Assembly (NCBI GenBank): GCA_965263295.1
Contig: OZ253665.1
Location: 1-64,000 of the forward strand
Reading direction: 5' to 3'
Source: Spirochaetia bacterium
Lineage (GTDB): Bacteria > Spirochaetota > Spirochaetia > SP-2023
Length of the DNA stretch: 64,000 bases
Positions 32,177 through 42,876 of the stretch are shown here, piece after piece. Each line of letters starts with the position of its first letter. The stretch's first letter is position 1. The notes under the pieces are model-generated. The model ran no database searches. It was not told the origin of the DNA and was given only the letters and a program-made list of their open reading frames with translations. The translations under genes and the position numbers were made by a program.

Positions 32177-35100
32177 TTAACGAGGCTTGAACCGATCATA
32201 CTTGGCCTGCGCTTTGCCGGCACTGCGTTCATCACCCATCTGGGTGTAAATATCTGTTTGCAAATTATAGGCAGCAGCCAGTTTGCGGTCGTAGCTCAGA
32301 GCCAACTGACTGTCGGCTAGAGCACCTTGCAAGTCGCCCTTAGCCAGTTCGACCGCAGCTCGCCCGCAATAAAACGGCGCCCTCTGGTCGTTGATCTGGA
32401 TTGCTTTTTCCATTTCAGCCATGGCCAGATCAAGTTCCTCGCGAGCCAATAAAACCATCCCTCGACCATAATAAATTTCGGCATCATATTTATTTAGACT
32501 CAAAGCTTTGTCGAAGGCTTCACTGGCCTTGTCCAGGTCGCCCAGCAGGCGCTGGGCTTCGCCGAGGAAACGCCAGGCCTCGTAGTCGTCGCCGTAATGC
32601 TCAATATAATGTTGCAAATCTTTTAGTGCAGAGCTGTAGTCCTGTATTTTCAAGAACGCGCTGCCGCGCCCGATGAAGGCTTTGGGCTCAGGGTTTTCTT
32701 GCAAATTAATGGCATCGTCAAACAGGTCGATAGCTAGGTTATATTTATTTTTATATAGGGCAATCATGGCTTGGCCGTAGTGACCCTGGGCCGGGCCGGG
32801 AACGCTGTCTTCGCCGGCATCTAGCAGCTGCTTAAAAAGTTTTTGAGCTCTATTTGTTTTGCCCAGCCCGGTCAGTATCTGGGCGTAGTTAAAGATTAGG
32901 AAAGGATCATTGGTATTTGAGCGATACGCCTTTGCCATGCTCTCTTCTGCAGTTTCATAGTCTCCTAGTCGGAAGGCCAGGTAGCCCAGTAGATATTGGG
33001 CTTGAGGGTTGGCGCTGTCCTTTTGCAACAATTGGGCTATATCGGCCTCGGCCTCTGGGTAACGGTCTAGACGGAGCTCCAAGTTGGCGCGCTGTAGCTG
33101 GAAATCATCGCGTTCCTGATCTAGTTCCAGGGCCTGGGTCACCAACTTCAAGCCGTCATCTAGATTGCCGTTGGCGGAGATGAGCATGCCCTTCCAAAAC
33201 AGGCTGTCGGCATTCTGGGGCTCTAGCTCGACGGCTTTGCTTATATCGGTGAGAGCCAGCGCGCTTTCCCCGCGACTCTCGTGGAGTCCGGTGCGCAGAA
33301 TATAGAGCTCGACGTTTTCCGGGTCTAGCTGGAGGCCGGCGTCGGCGTCGGCGAGGGCCAGATCACTGTCTCCGAGGCTGTCGTGAAGTCTGGCGCGCAG
33401 GGTATAGAGCTCGACGTTTTCCGGGTCTAGCTGGAGGCCGGCGTCGGCGTCGGCGAGGGCCAGATCACTGTCTCCGAGGCTGTCGTGGAGCCTGGCGCGC
33501 AGGGTATAGAGCTCGACGTTTTCCGAGTCTAGCTGAAGGCCCGTGTCGGCGTCGGCGAGGGCTTGCTCGACTTTATCGAGCTGGAAATTAATTCTGGCTC
33601 GCAGGGCGTAGGTCTTGCTGTAGTCTGGGCGCAACTGGATTAATTTTTCCAGAGTTGCCAGGGCCGGGCGGTAAGAATGGCGGCGATAACGGGCCAGAGC
33701 CAGGGCATAGTAATATTCGGCGCTGTAAGGCTCGTAGTGCACGGCCTGTCGTAGGGAAATTTCGGCCTTGGCGTTGTCGTTGAGTTTGGCGTAAAGCAGC
33801 CCTTGGTAGTAATAGGCACTGCCGTTCTCGCGTTCCAGTTTGACGGCGTTATTGACATCATTCAAGCCGGCCTCTAAGTCTCCCATTTGGGCCTTGGCGC
33901 TGCCGCGCAAGTAGCGCGGTTTTGCAGACCCTGGCCCCTTTTCGGGCGCCAGGCGCACAGCTTGTTCGTAGCTGGCCAAGGCCTCTTTATATTGGCCTTT
34001 TGCGACTTGGACATTGCCAATGCCCGTGTAGACATCGCTGTTTTTGACCTCGCGTTGCAACAGGATATCAAAATCTTCCATTGCGGCATCGGGCTGGTCT
34101 AGTTGCAGCTGTACATCTCCTCGGTACTGGAAGAGCAAGAGGAGTTCGGTTTCGTCCAGCTTTTCGCCATCGCGGGTTTTGAATAGATTGGCATTTAACA
34201 GTCCAATCCCCTTGTTGTAGTCGTCCAAGGCCTCCTGGAAACGGCCCATACTCTGATAAAAGGCTCCGCGTAGCTGGTAGACTTCAAAGTCTTTCGGGGC
34301 TAGCTCGACAGCTTCATTATAGTCTTTTTCGGCCTCTTCAAGGCGGCCGGTACCTTGTTCAAACTGGGCCCGTCGCCAGTACAATTCGCTAATTTCCGTA
34401 TTGCGAACAAAGGCCTGGTCAAAATATTTTTGGGCGCGCCGGGGTTTAGAGTTTGCGGCCTCGACGGCTGCCAGTCCGGCATAAATGTAGGGGTTGTCAC
34501 TGTCAAAGCGCCGAGCTCTGAGTAGAGCCTTGCGCACTTGTTTATATTTTTGTTGGCGCAGCAGGCTGCGACCCAGTCCGACATAAGCTTGTCCGACTTG
34601 AGTTTTGGTTTTGTTTCGAGCTGCCAGCTCAATAGCCTGGGTGTAGTCGTTGCTGGCATCGGCCCAGCGTCGCTGCGCCAGGTTTGCATCACCTCGACTC
34701 AGGTAGAGTTGGGCCAGCTGGGGTTTGTCTTTGGTATTTGAAATCGCGTTGTCGTAGTCCAGAAGCGCCAAAAAAGGCACATACGGCTGCAAGACATCGC
34801 CGCGCAGCAAATAGGCTCTAGCATTTTGACCGTCAAGCTCGACGATGCGGCTGTAAACCTGCCAAGCCAGCTTGGGATCGTTGTTTTTCATCGCAATGCG
34901 CCCGTAGCCGTAATACGCTTCAAAGGCGCGATTGTCTAACCCGATTGCCTGGCCGTAGCTTTTGAGTGCGGTGTCGTCATCGCCAAAGGCTTCAAAAACT
35001 TGACCCAAGGCCAGGAATGCTTCTGTATAGTCTGATTTTAACTGTAAGGCTTGAAATAATAGGGTTCTGGCATTTTCGTAATCTTTGGCGTCAATAGCCT

Positions 35101-35272
35101 CCAGGCTTTGTTCATACAGGGCTTCGGGGCTTTCAGTGCCACTTTGAGCTTGCAGGGCAAGCGCCAGGGGGGGGAGGAGAGGTAGATTCAAATTGCCCCA
35201 GATTATACCCAGAAACAAAGGCAGCAGCAGTTTAACTGCAGGCAGGGGATTGGATGGATGCCGTAACTGCAT
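32177..35272 (-). CDS. Large tetratricopeptide-repeat protein with signal peptide
   Basis: Many 34-aa TPR motifs (AYY.RG, A..DY..AI.L.P); hydrophobic N-terminus. Confidence 0.92.
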   Translation of the reverse strand: MQLRHPSNPLPAVKLLLPLFLGIIWGNLNLPLLPPLALALQAQSGTESPEALYEQSLEAIDAKDYENARTLLFQALQLKSDYTEAFLALGQVFEAFGDDDTALKSYGQAIGLDNRAFEAYYGYGRIAMKNNDPKLAWQVYSRIVELDGQNARAYLLRGDVLQPYVPFLALLDYDNAISNTKDKPQLAQLYLSRGDANLAQRRWADASNDYTQAIELAARNKTKTQVGQAYVGLGRSLLRQQKYKQVRKALLRARRFDSDNPYIYAGLAAVEAANSKPRRAQKYFDQAFVRNTEISELYWRRAQFEQGTGRLEEAEKDYNEAVELAPKDFEVYQLRGAFYQSMGRFQEALDDYNKGIGLLNANLFKTRDGEKLDETELLLLFQYRGDVQLQLDQPDAAMEDFDILLQREVKNSDVYTGIGNVQVAKGQYKEALASYEQAVRLAPEKGPGSAKPRYLRGSAKAQMGDLEAGLNDVNNAVKLERENGSAYYYQGLLYAKLNDNAKAEISLRQAVHYEPYSAEYYYALALARYRRHSYRPALATLEKLIQLRPDYSKTYALRARINFQLDKVEQALADADTGLQLDSENVELYTLRARLHDSLGDSDLALADADAGLQLDPENVELYTLRARLHDSLGDSDLALADADAGLQLDPENVELYILRTGLHESRGESALALTDISKAVELEPQNADSLFWKGMLISANGNLDDGLKLVTQALELDQERDDFQLQRANLELRLDRYPEAEADIAQLLQKDSANPQAQYLLGYLAFRLGDYETAEESMAKAYRSNTNDPFLIFNYAQILTGLGKTNRAQKLFKQLLDAGEDSVPGPAQGHYGQAMIALYKNKYNLAIDLFDDAINLQENPEPKAFIGRGSAFLKIQDYSSALKDLQHYIEHYGDDYEAWRFLGEAQRLLGDLDKASEAFDKALSLNKYDAEIYYGRGMVLLAREELDLAMAEMEKAIQINDQRAPFYCGRAAVELAKGDLQGALADSQLALSYDRKLAAAYNLQTDIYTQMGDERSAGKAQAKYDRFKPR
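33280..33562. repeat. 102-bp tandem repeat (~3 copies) inside the TPR gene
   Basis: TATAGAGCTCGACGTTTTCC recurs at 33301, 33403 and 33505. Confidence 0.92.
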
Positions 35273-35335
35273 AGCAATTTAGTATAGTCAAGCGACAAAG
35301 TATAAGGAAGCCTGATCAGTGCGTAAAAAACGGTT

Positions 35336-36229
35336 TCAGTGATCCTCGCAATTGTTCAACACGGTTTGCAATTGTCTCTGTTCGGCCTGGCTGAGTGGCC
35401 AGAGAGGTGGGCGTACGCGCTGGCCGACAAGACCTTCAAGGTGCATTAAGGTTTTTACTGCCAGTGGATTGTTGCCGATGCTCAGCAGGGCGCGCATTAG
35501 TTCCAGCCACCGAAACTGTAGCGCTCGGGCTTTTTGCACGTCTTGCTTGGCCAAGGCACTTACGAGTTCGCGCATAGCCTGGGGACGCAGATTGCTTAGC
35601 ACTGAGACGACGCCGTCACCGCCTAGCAGCATCAGATGAAAAGCTAAGGCGTCGTCGCCACTGAGCACGGAAAAAAATTCGGGAGCCTTGCGGATGACGT
35701 CGCTGGCTTGGTTCAAGTCGCCGCTGGCTTCCTTGACGCCCCGAATGTTGGGACAGGCCTCAATGAGACGCAGCAAGGTCGGAGTTTCCAGGTTGACACC
35801 CGTGCGGCCGGGGATGTTGTATAAAAGAATTGGCCGCTCGGTCGCGCCAGCCAGGCGGCGGAAGTGATGAAACAAGCCCTCTTGTGTCGGTTTGTTATAA
35901 TAGGGGTTGACGATCATCATGGCATCGACGTCCAGTCGGTCGCACATGCGGGTCTCTTCTTCGGCAAAAGCGGTATCGTTGCTGCCAGTTCCAATGACGA
36001 CTTTGCAAGCTGTTGCGCTAGTTCTCTCGCGCACGAAGCGCACCAGACTTTCCATCTCGCGATTGTAGATCACGGGGCTTTCGCCGGTAGTTCCCATCAC
36101 CACCAGGCCGTCGACTTGAGCTTGAATCTGTTGCTTGAGAAGGCGCTCCAAAGCGGGATAATCAATTTGATTATCATCAGTAAAAGGTGTCACCAGTGCC
36201 GTGTAGAGACCTCTAAAGAATTTACTCAT
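35336..36229 (-). CDS. dapA: 4-hydroxy-tetrahydrodipicolinate synthase
   Basis: TALVTPF, GTTGES, PYYNKP, LYNIPGRTG, GVKEASG, LSGDD. Confidence 0.96.
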   Translation of the reverse strand: MSKFFRGLYTALVTPFTDDNQIDYPALERLLKQQIQAQVDGLVVMGTTGESPVIYNREMESLVRFVRERTSATACKVVIGTGSNDTAFAEEETRMCDRLDVDAMMIVNPYYNKPTQEGLFHHFRRLAGATERPILLYNIPGRTGVNLETPTLLRLIEACPNIRGVKEASGDLNQASDVIRKAPEFFSVLSGDDALAFHLMLLGGDGVVSVLSNLRPQAMRELVSALAKQDVQKARALQFRWLELMRALLSIGNNPLAVKTLMHLEGLVGQRVRPPLWPLSQAEQRQLQTVLNNCEDH

Positions 36230-36519
36230 ATATTACCAACCTTCGCCAAGGCACCAAGGCAGGTATCAACTGTAAGGAAATGGAAAGTCTGTGTCAATGT
36301 ATGCCTCTATTTCGCAGGGGCCTTTTCCTCAAATGATGTTGCGATAAAAATTTTTCGAGGCCAATCTTCGGGTCCCAATTTACTGATGAAAATTGACTTG
36401 AGGAGATTGTAGAGCTGAAATTATTGAACCTCAACTTGTCGATATGGCGATTTTTTGTATTATATTTTCTTGATAATACTTATTATTTTATATCAACTAA
36501 AAACTAGGAGGATTTTTAG

Positions 36520-37539
36520 ATGAAAAAAATATTTTTTGGCCTCTTTATCCTGGCTTTTGCGGCAGTGCTCAGCGCCCGCGGGAATGCCCCTGTAGAGCCG
36601 GTTGACCGCTGTGAGCCTGTCGGCGCTACAGAGAAAAATGTTCGTATCGTGACCCCAGGTATTGGGCCACCTGGACTGGCTATGGCTAAATTATTACTTG
36701 ATCAAGACAATATTCTGGAAGGCTACGAGGTCCATTATGAAACTTTCTCTGCGCATGTGCCGATTCAAACTGAAGTGATGAAGTGCGGCCCCAGCATTGC
36801 CATTGTGCCTTCGACTATGGCGGCTAAAGTGTACAATTCTAATGGCGGCTACAAGATACTGGGGACATCTGGCTATGGCAATTTGTACTTTGTCACTACG
36901 GAAAATATCTCCAATTTCAAGCTAGAGGACCTGGCAGGTAAGACCATTGGCATGATTGGCCAGCATGCTACGCCGGATTTAACGGCACAGTATGTATTGG
37001 AGGAAAATAATATTTATAATTATAAATTTTCTTACTATGCCAATGGTCAGCTTGTCCTCCCTGAACTCATCAATGGGAAACTGCAGTATGCCTTGTTGCC
37101 TGAGCCTTTAGTTACACTCCGTTCTGATGTTGCCGGTATTATGGCTGACATCAGTTTAAACGAAGAATTCTCGAAAATTCCTGGCAACGAACATTATGCC
37201 CATGGATTTCCTCAGGCGACCTTGATTGTGAAAAGTCAATTTGCGCGAACTCATGGCGAGTTTGTCGATGCCTTTCAGGCGCAGCTCAAGGAAAGCATAG
37301 CCTGGGTTCGCGATAGTGCGAATAGTGCCCAGCTGCAAGAAATGATGCCAAAATTGAAGCTGGGCTTAGCGGGAGCTTCGTTGGAAAAACTAGCTGCGCT
37401 TAATGATCGGTTAAATTATGGCTACAACACCGTCGCGGACGAGCGACAATTGTACCGTGATTATTACAAAATTCTATATCTGCGCTATGCCGATATAATT
37501 GGCGGGCAAATCCCCGATGACCAAATCTTCTATTATTAA
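36520..37539 (+). CDS. ABC substrate-binding protein, NitT/TauT family
   Basis: Signal peptide, DLAGKTIG, ALLPEP, IGGQIPDD; strong RBS AGGAGG. Confidence 0.85.
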   Translation: MKKIFFGLFILAFAAVLSARGNAPVEPVDRCEPVGATEKNVRIVTPGIGPPGLAMAKLLLDQDNILEGYEVHYETFSAHVPIQTEVMKCGPSIAIVPSTMAAKVYNSNGGYKILGTSGYGNLYFVTTENISNFKLEDLAGKTIGMIGQHATPDLTAQYVLEENNIYNYKFSYYANGQLVLPELINGKLQYALLPEPLVTLRSDVAGIMADISLNEEFSKIPGNEHYAHGFPQATLIVKSQFARTHGEFVDAFQAQLKESIAWVRDSANSAQLQEMMPKLKLGLAGASLEKLAALNDRLNYGYNTVADERQLYRDYYKILYLRYADIIGGQIPDDQIFYY

Positions 37540-38272
37540 CAGGCTCATTAATATTGGCTCTGTAGTTTCCATGCTGTTGGCATGGGAGCTATATGCCATA
37601 ATTATGAATAAAGGATTTTTGTATCCTAGACTATCAGAAATATTTTCAAATATAATTGCAATAATTGGTAGCGCTAGGTTTTACAATAACCTCTCGGTAA
37701 GTCTGGGGAGGGCCTTGCTCGCTTTATTTTTTTCTTTACTTTTAGCCCTGACTCTCAGTATTCTCAGGCGTTGTCATAAATATATTGATAGTCTGGTTTT
37801 GCCCTACCAGTTGGCGTTTTCGTCATTTCCACCTATGGTCATGGTGGTCGTTTTTATGATTTTATACGATAAATCAACCATTCCTTATCTGCTTAGCTTG
37901 CTGGTTCTACTACCTGTTCTAACCGAGACCATTACCCACAGAATAGATAGTACGGATAGGAATTTACTTCGGATGTGCCAGCTATTTCAGGTCGGCAGAG
38001 CTAAAAAGATCAGAAATGTTTATTTTCCACATGTTATGAGGGGAATAATTTCGATATTATTTGCGATGTTTGCCAATTCGTTTAAATTTGTTTTAGCCGG
38101 CGAGGTCTTCGCAAATCCGAGTAAAGGCATTGGGTCTGAGTTAAACCTGCTGCGGGCAAATTTTCAAATATCGATGTTATTTGCCTGGGTTGTCATTATT
38201 GCCGTTATTTCAACCATTCTGTATGGCTTACAGAAACTGATTTTCAGGAAAGCTCTCGCTGAAGAACTTTGA
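37517..38272 (+). CDS. ABC permease, NitT/TauT family
   Basis: Six TMs; FKFVLAGEV...GIG. Confidence 0.85.
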   Translation: MTKSSIINRLINIGSVVSMLLAWELYAIIMNKGFLYPRLSEIFSNIIAIIGSARFYNNLSVSLGRALLALFFSLLLALTLSILRRCHKYIDSLVLPYQLAFSSFPPMVMVVVFMILYDKSTIPYLLSLLVLLPVLTETITHRIDSTDRNLLRMCQLFQVGRAKKIRNVYFPHVMRGIISILFAMFANSFKFVLAGEVFANPSKGIGSELNLLRANFQISMLFAWVVIIAVISTILYGLQKLIFRKALAEEL

Positions 38273-38922
38273 TGTTAAAGATTGAGAACCTGAATATTCG
38301 CTATGGCGACCAGGAAATCTTGAAAAATATTTCGGCTGATTTTTGTCCGTCTAAGGTTCATATTTTACTGGGCAGGTCCGGTATCGGGAAAACCAGTCTG
38401 CTGAATACAGCTTTGCTCGACTACAAAAATGCAGATGGGCAGATTCAGCGGAAATTTCAGACATGTTCCATGGTTTTTCAGGAAGACCGGTTGCTTCCTT
38501 ATGCCAATATTTATCGAAATATTGAATTGGTCCTCAAGACCTCAAAAGCGAATAAAATGGAAAAAATCCATCAAGCCTTAAGATTTGTCAATCTGGAAGG
38601 CCAAGCCGACAAAATGCCCTACCAGCTTAGTGGCGGCATGAGGCAGCGCGTCAACATTGCCCGAGCCCTGGCTCATGACGGCGATCTCATCGTCATGGAT
38701 GAAGCTTTTAAGTCCATTGACTACAATAATAAATGGCATATTGTAGAAGAGCTAAAACGCTATTTTCACGCCAGACAAAAAACGGTAATAGTTGTCACTC
38801 ACGATATTGAAGTTGCCCTGGCCTTAGGTGATTTTATCCACGTTCTGCGCTCGGATCATATACATGTATTGCAAAATGATGTCGGGATTTCAAAACTGGA
38901 TCTGATTACGATTTATGATTAG
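38272..38922 (+). CDS. ABC ATP-binding protein, NitT/TauT family
   Basis: GRSGIGKT, FQEDRLLP, LSGGMRQR, VTHD. Confidence 0.9.
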   Translation: MLKIENLNIRYGDQEILKNISADFCPSKVHILLGRSGIGKTSLLNTALLDYKNADGQIQRKFQTCSMVFQEDRLLPYANIYRNIELVLKTSKANKMEKIHQALRFVNLEGQADKMPYQLSGGMRQRVNIARALAHDGDLIVMDEAFKSIDYNNKWHIVEELKRYFHARQKTVIVVTHDIEVALALGDFIHVLRSDHIHVLQNDVGISKLDLITIYD

Positions 38923-38949
38923 AGCTGAGTAATTTTGAAATATCTGCTT

Positions 38950-40086
38950 TTAAAACCAATTGCGCAACCAGCTGGGCCAAGGGATATCGCTTGGGCGAAA
39001 GTTGGTAGCAAAGTCGACAAATTTATGCCACAATCTCGCAATACGGCTATCTAAGCGCTTGTACTTGCGTTGCCGTTGCTCTACGGCTTCTTGAACTTGG
39101 GCTTTTACTTGCTCTATGCCACTGAGTAGTTCGGGGTTAGGCAGGTGTAATAGGTAGGGCTCTTTGTGTATTCGCTCGTCATCGGCCTGTCGGATGTCTT
39201 GGGCGTCAGAGAGGGGCTCTAGCTGAATGGCAGCCTGAACTAGGGGGCGATAGTCTGTATCTAGGCTGAGTAGAATTTGCTGCTTTATATCTTGACTGTC
39301 GCCGAAATTTTCCACCATAAATAGGCTATTTTCGTCAGAAGAAAGCTTGCGATAAGCATAGCGTGAAAGTTGCGCTAAGCCGAGCACGATCAAGTTCGCA
39401 GAAGCATCAATCTTCTCCATTGCGAGGTTCAGTTCATTGACTTCGGCTGCATAATAGCGTTGCGTAGCCAAACTTTTTGCAGCGGGGCTGCCCTGCGACT
39501 TAAAGCCCTCGACGAAAGATTGATAATACTTGTCGTAGCTGCTGCCGCGGTAGAACATGGCAATTGTCTGTTGGCGTTCTGGGTGTTGTTGCATAAATAT
39601 TTTGGCAATTTGTCCCATTTGGTGGTAGCCTGCTTCTAAGTCGGTACACACCGTCTGGATTTTGGGGTTGCGCGATACCGCATCAATCAAAACTAATTGA
39701 CCGTTGGAAAATTCTTTGGAAAACTCTTTGGGAAATTCTAGGGTTTGTTCTTCGAGATTGCGCAGCCAGTATGGGCTCAAGAGCACTTTGTAGCCATCAC
39801 TTAGCAGATCTTCCAAGATAATTTTCAAAGAAGTTGTCTTTTCTAGATCGTTTTCGTCCTCGCCGTCTTCGTCTTCTGGGCGCAGCCATTGGGTCTCGTC
39901 TGTCGTTGGTATAATGTGCACAAAGTAGCCGGCGTTGAGCCCCATGCGCCGTATTTGCCAAAAACCGACATCCGTGGCCGTTTCCCAGTAAGGATCGGCA
40001 ATAAAATACAGCTGTTTCACGCAGCTGAACATAAGGCTGAACGGTATCAGGAGAAGCAGGAAACTGAAAAGGCGCCGGCTGGACAT
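38950..40086 (-). CDS. Hypothetical lipoprotein
   Basis: MSSRRLFSFLLLLIPFSLMFSC lipobox-like signal; ATG at 40086. Confidence 0.7.
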   Translation of the reverse strand: MSSRRLFSFLLLLIPFSLMFSCVKQLYFIADPYWETATDVGFWQIRRMGLNAGYFVHIIPTTDETQWLRPEDEDGEDENDLEKTTSLKIILEDLLSDGYKVLLSPYWLRNLEEQTLEFPKEFSKEFSNGQLVLIDAVSRNPKIQTVCTDLEAGYHQMGQIAKIFMQQHPERQQTIAMFYRGSSYDKYYQSFVEGFKSQGSPAAKSLATQRYYAAEVNELNLAMEKIDASANLIVLGLAQLSRYAYRKLSSDENSLFMVENFGDSQDIKQQILLSLDTDYRPLVQAAIQLEPLSDAQDIRQADDERIHKEPYLLHLPNPELLSGIEQVKAQVQEAVEQRQRKYKRLDSRIARLWHKFVDFATNFRPSDIPWPSWLRNWF

Positions 40087-40194
40087 CGGAATATTATACT
40101 GAAATATGCGAGAAGCCGGCGGCAAAATGCCGGGGCCCCGCTGAATTAAGGACTAAAGATTAGAAGTGATGAACTCCTATTTTAAAGCTTAGAA

Positions 40195-41172
40195 TTAGTG
40201 ACGACCCCGAGCATGCAGCTTTTGAATTACATACGCGCCGACACTCTTGTTGTCGATCAGGCGCAGTTGTACATCGGCCACTAGGTAGGGTACCTGTAGC
40301 TCGTCGCCAGAATAGATGTTCTTCAGCAAGCTGCTGACCTGTTCGTTCTCGCTGATGACGGGGATAGGCTGGGGCGATATTTCATGGATGACACCGCAGA
40401 TGTTGCCCAATTCTTCACTGCGACGTTTGGCGGGTACGGTGAAGGAAATAACTTGGTAGTTGAGGGTCTTGTTTAATTCAGGATGGCCGCCGATGAGCTC
40501 AATACATTGATCGACGATGGCATTAGCTTGCATTCCGTTGTAATCAAGTCTGAAAATACTGCCGTTGGCACTTGCCGTCACGACAATTTCAGTGCGGGAG
40601 TAGAAGTCAATTGAGCCAAGTTCAAAGAAGGTGTGGAGTTGCTTGAGCTGAACGGGACTCAAACCTAAGTGCTTGCGCCCAGCCTTGCGCAAAATTTCTT
40701 TCATTTTGGGTTCCAGAAACTGGGATATAAAGTGATAAAACAGAGATTTTTCTGTGTCGTCCGGATCTTTATCGCTGGCTTCACCTCTGTCTCTCTTGCG
40801 CTCTTTGACTACGCTGAGCAGTGGCTGCAGGCTGCTGGGCTCACTGCTCAATTTTTCGTGATCAAGCAAGGCATTGACGTCAGCCTTGCGATAGTGACGC
40901 AGTTCAATGCGGTAAGGCTCGTGCTGTAGGCTCTGAACATTGAGTATGTGGGCTTCGGGATTGTAACCGTGGCTGCGCAGATAATACGCAAACAAGTCGT
41001 TGAGGGCTTGAGTAGATTTTATCAACTTGCTGAGTGGCAGCATGCGATTCTGCTCAAGTACCAGGCGAACGGTTTCACAGAATTCCAAGTTCTCTTCGTC
41101 GTTGATGCTGTTTAGCAGTTCAAGTGAGCTGCTGTCTTCTAATTCTACTTTGCGCTTGCGCAATGTTGCCAT
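40195..41172 (-). CDS. Hypothetical protein
   Basis: ATG at 41172 preceded by GAGGAGG; 325 aa. Confidence 0.75.
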   Translation of the reverse strand: MATLRKRKVELEDSSSLELLNSINDEENLEFCETVRLVLEQNRMLPLSKLIKSTQALNDLFAYYLRSHGYNPEAHILNVQSLQHEPYRIELRHYRKADVNALLDHEKLSSEPSSLQPLLSVVKERKRDRGEASDKDPDDTEKSLFYHFISQFLEPKMKEILRKAGRKHLGLSPVQLKQLHTFFELGSIDFYSRTEIVVTASANGSIFRLDYNGMQANAIVDQCIELIGGHPELNKTLNYQVISFTVPAKRRSEELGNICGVIHEISPQPIPVISENEQVSSLLKNIYSGDELQVPYLVADVQLRLIDNKSVGAYVIQKLHARGRH

Positions 41173-41514
41173 GGTACCCCTCCTCGGCTCAGATGCGTAA
41201 TAAACGGAATAACGAGTCGGGCCTCTAAACTTAGAGGAAACTCGCCGCCTCAATCCGCTGTGATCTATTGACAGTTGACTTTTTGTCACAACCTGCATTG
41301 CATTGTAATCATAGTCAGAATTTTAAAAAATAGCAAAATTGTAAGAAATTTTTTTTGGCAGAATTTGCGATCTTGCCTGCCGATTAATATATAACGACTG
41401 AGTGCCTTTGTGCCGAACACCTTGGGCGCGCCGGCGGTTTTACTAAAAACTGTAATAATTTTGCAAATTCTGGGCCACAGTGCGGCAAAATAATTTCTTG
41501 AATGTAGAGTCCGT

Positions 41515-42876
41515 TTACAACCAGCGTGCGCAGAGCTGACGCAGCAACTCTGCTGCAAAATCATACTTGCCTAGCAGTGGCAGGGATACTTCAGGGCCCT
41601 CTGCGAAGAATAATTGTGCCTGGGCACAGCTGCTCTCAAGGTTCTGCGGACGGTTGAGTACAATCGCGTCGGCATTTTTCGTTTGCATTTTGGCCAAGGC
41701 ATGGTCTCGCTCTTGTGCTGGGGCCGCGCTGGGGTTCGCTCCCTCGCTCTCAAGGGCAAAGCCCAGAACTTTTTGGCGCTCTGTCTTGTGTGCGCCCCAG
41801 TGGGCCAGGATGTCGGGGTTCAGCTGCAGCTCAAGTGAATAGTTTTCTTGCTTGGGATTCTTTTTTATTTTTTTGTTGTGGTACTGGGTTGGGCGGAAAT
41901 CGCAAACTGCGGCGACGGCCAAGGCCCAGTCGCAGTGCGGGAAATGATCTGCGGCGTAATGAGCCATCTCGCTGGCGCTGTTGCAGTCCAGCACGCGAAT
42001 GCCGAAAAGTTGTTGCGCTAGCGTGTCGCGCACGGGGTGCTGAACTGCCATACCAAAGTGATTGGGGCCAAAGCGCTCGCGCTCAATACCCGAAATTAGG
42101 GTGACTTCCGCACCGAAGTCTCTTGCGGCGCAGGCCAGCGCGATGCCCGTCTTGCCGCTGCTGCGGTTGCTGATGTATCTGACCGGGTCCAATGCTTCGC
42201 GCGTGGGGCCCGCACTCAGCAGTATTTTTTTGCCGGCAAGTGGCTTGTACTTGGGTGAACGCAGTGCCGCTTCGACGCGATAGTAAAGTTCTTCGGGTTC
42301 GGCCATGCGCCCCTGGCCTTCGGCGCGGCAGGCCAAAAAACCACTCGCGGGCTCAATGAACTGGCAACCTAGTTGCCTCAGGCGTTGCACGTTTTGTCGT
42401 AAAACTTCTTTGCGCCACATTTCGGAGTTCATCGCCGGGGCGAAGAGCAAAGGCTTGCCGCCGCCATTTTTGTCTGCTAGCGGCCATGCGGCGAAAACAA
42501 GACTCAGCAGGTCGTCGGCAAGGCCGTTGGCGGCCTTGCCGATCCAGTTATAAGTGGCCGGAGCCACTAGAAAAATATCGGCTTCTTCGACCAGGGCGAT
42601 GTGCAGGACCGGGCTGCTGGCTCTTGCGGCATAGTTTGCGCCATCACTTATATTTGCGCCGTCGTAGCGCCGCCACATGTCCGAATAGACGATTTGCCCC
42701 GAAAGGGCTTCCAGCGCCTCGCGGCTGGCGAAGCGAGCGCCGGCTTCGCTGAGTATCACCCGGACGCGAAATCCCTGCTGGCCGAGCAGTGAGACCAGAC
42801 CGGGAATTTTATAGGCGGCGATGCCGCCGCCGATACCGAGCAGGACATTGCCTCTGCCCCCTGCGTTTGGTTTCAC
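41515..42876 (-). CDS. coaBC: Bifunctional phosphopantothenoylcysteine decarboxylase/ligase
   Basis: GGIAAYK, APAMN..MW, LAC..GQGRMAEPE, AGPTREALDPVRYISNRSSGK, GFALE. Confidence 0.97.
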   Translation of the reverse strand: MKPNAGGRGNVLLGIGGGIAAYKIPGLVSLLGQQGFRVRVILSEAGARFASREALEALSGQIVYSDMWRRYDGANISDGANYAARASSPVLHIALVEEADIFLVAPATYNWIGKAANGLADDLLSLVFAAWPLADKNGGGKPLLFAPAMNSEMWRKEVLRQNVQRLRQLGCQFIEPASGFLACRAEGQGRMAEPEELYYRVEAALRSPKYKPLAGKKILLSAGPTREALDPVRYISNRSSGKTGIALACAARDFGAEVTLISGIERERFGPNHFGMAVQHPVRDTLAQQLFGIRVLDCNSASEMAHYAADHFPHCDWALAVAAVCDFRPTQYHNKKIKKNPKQENYSLELQLNPDILAHWGAHKTERQKVLGFALESEGANPSAAPAQERDHALAKMQTKNADAIVLNRPQNLESSCAQAQLFFAEGPEVSLPLLGKYDFAAELLRQLCARWL

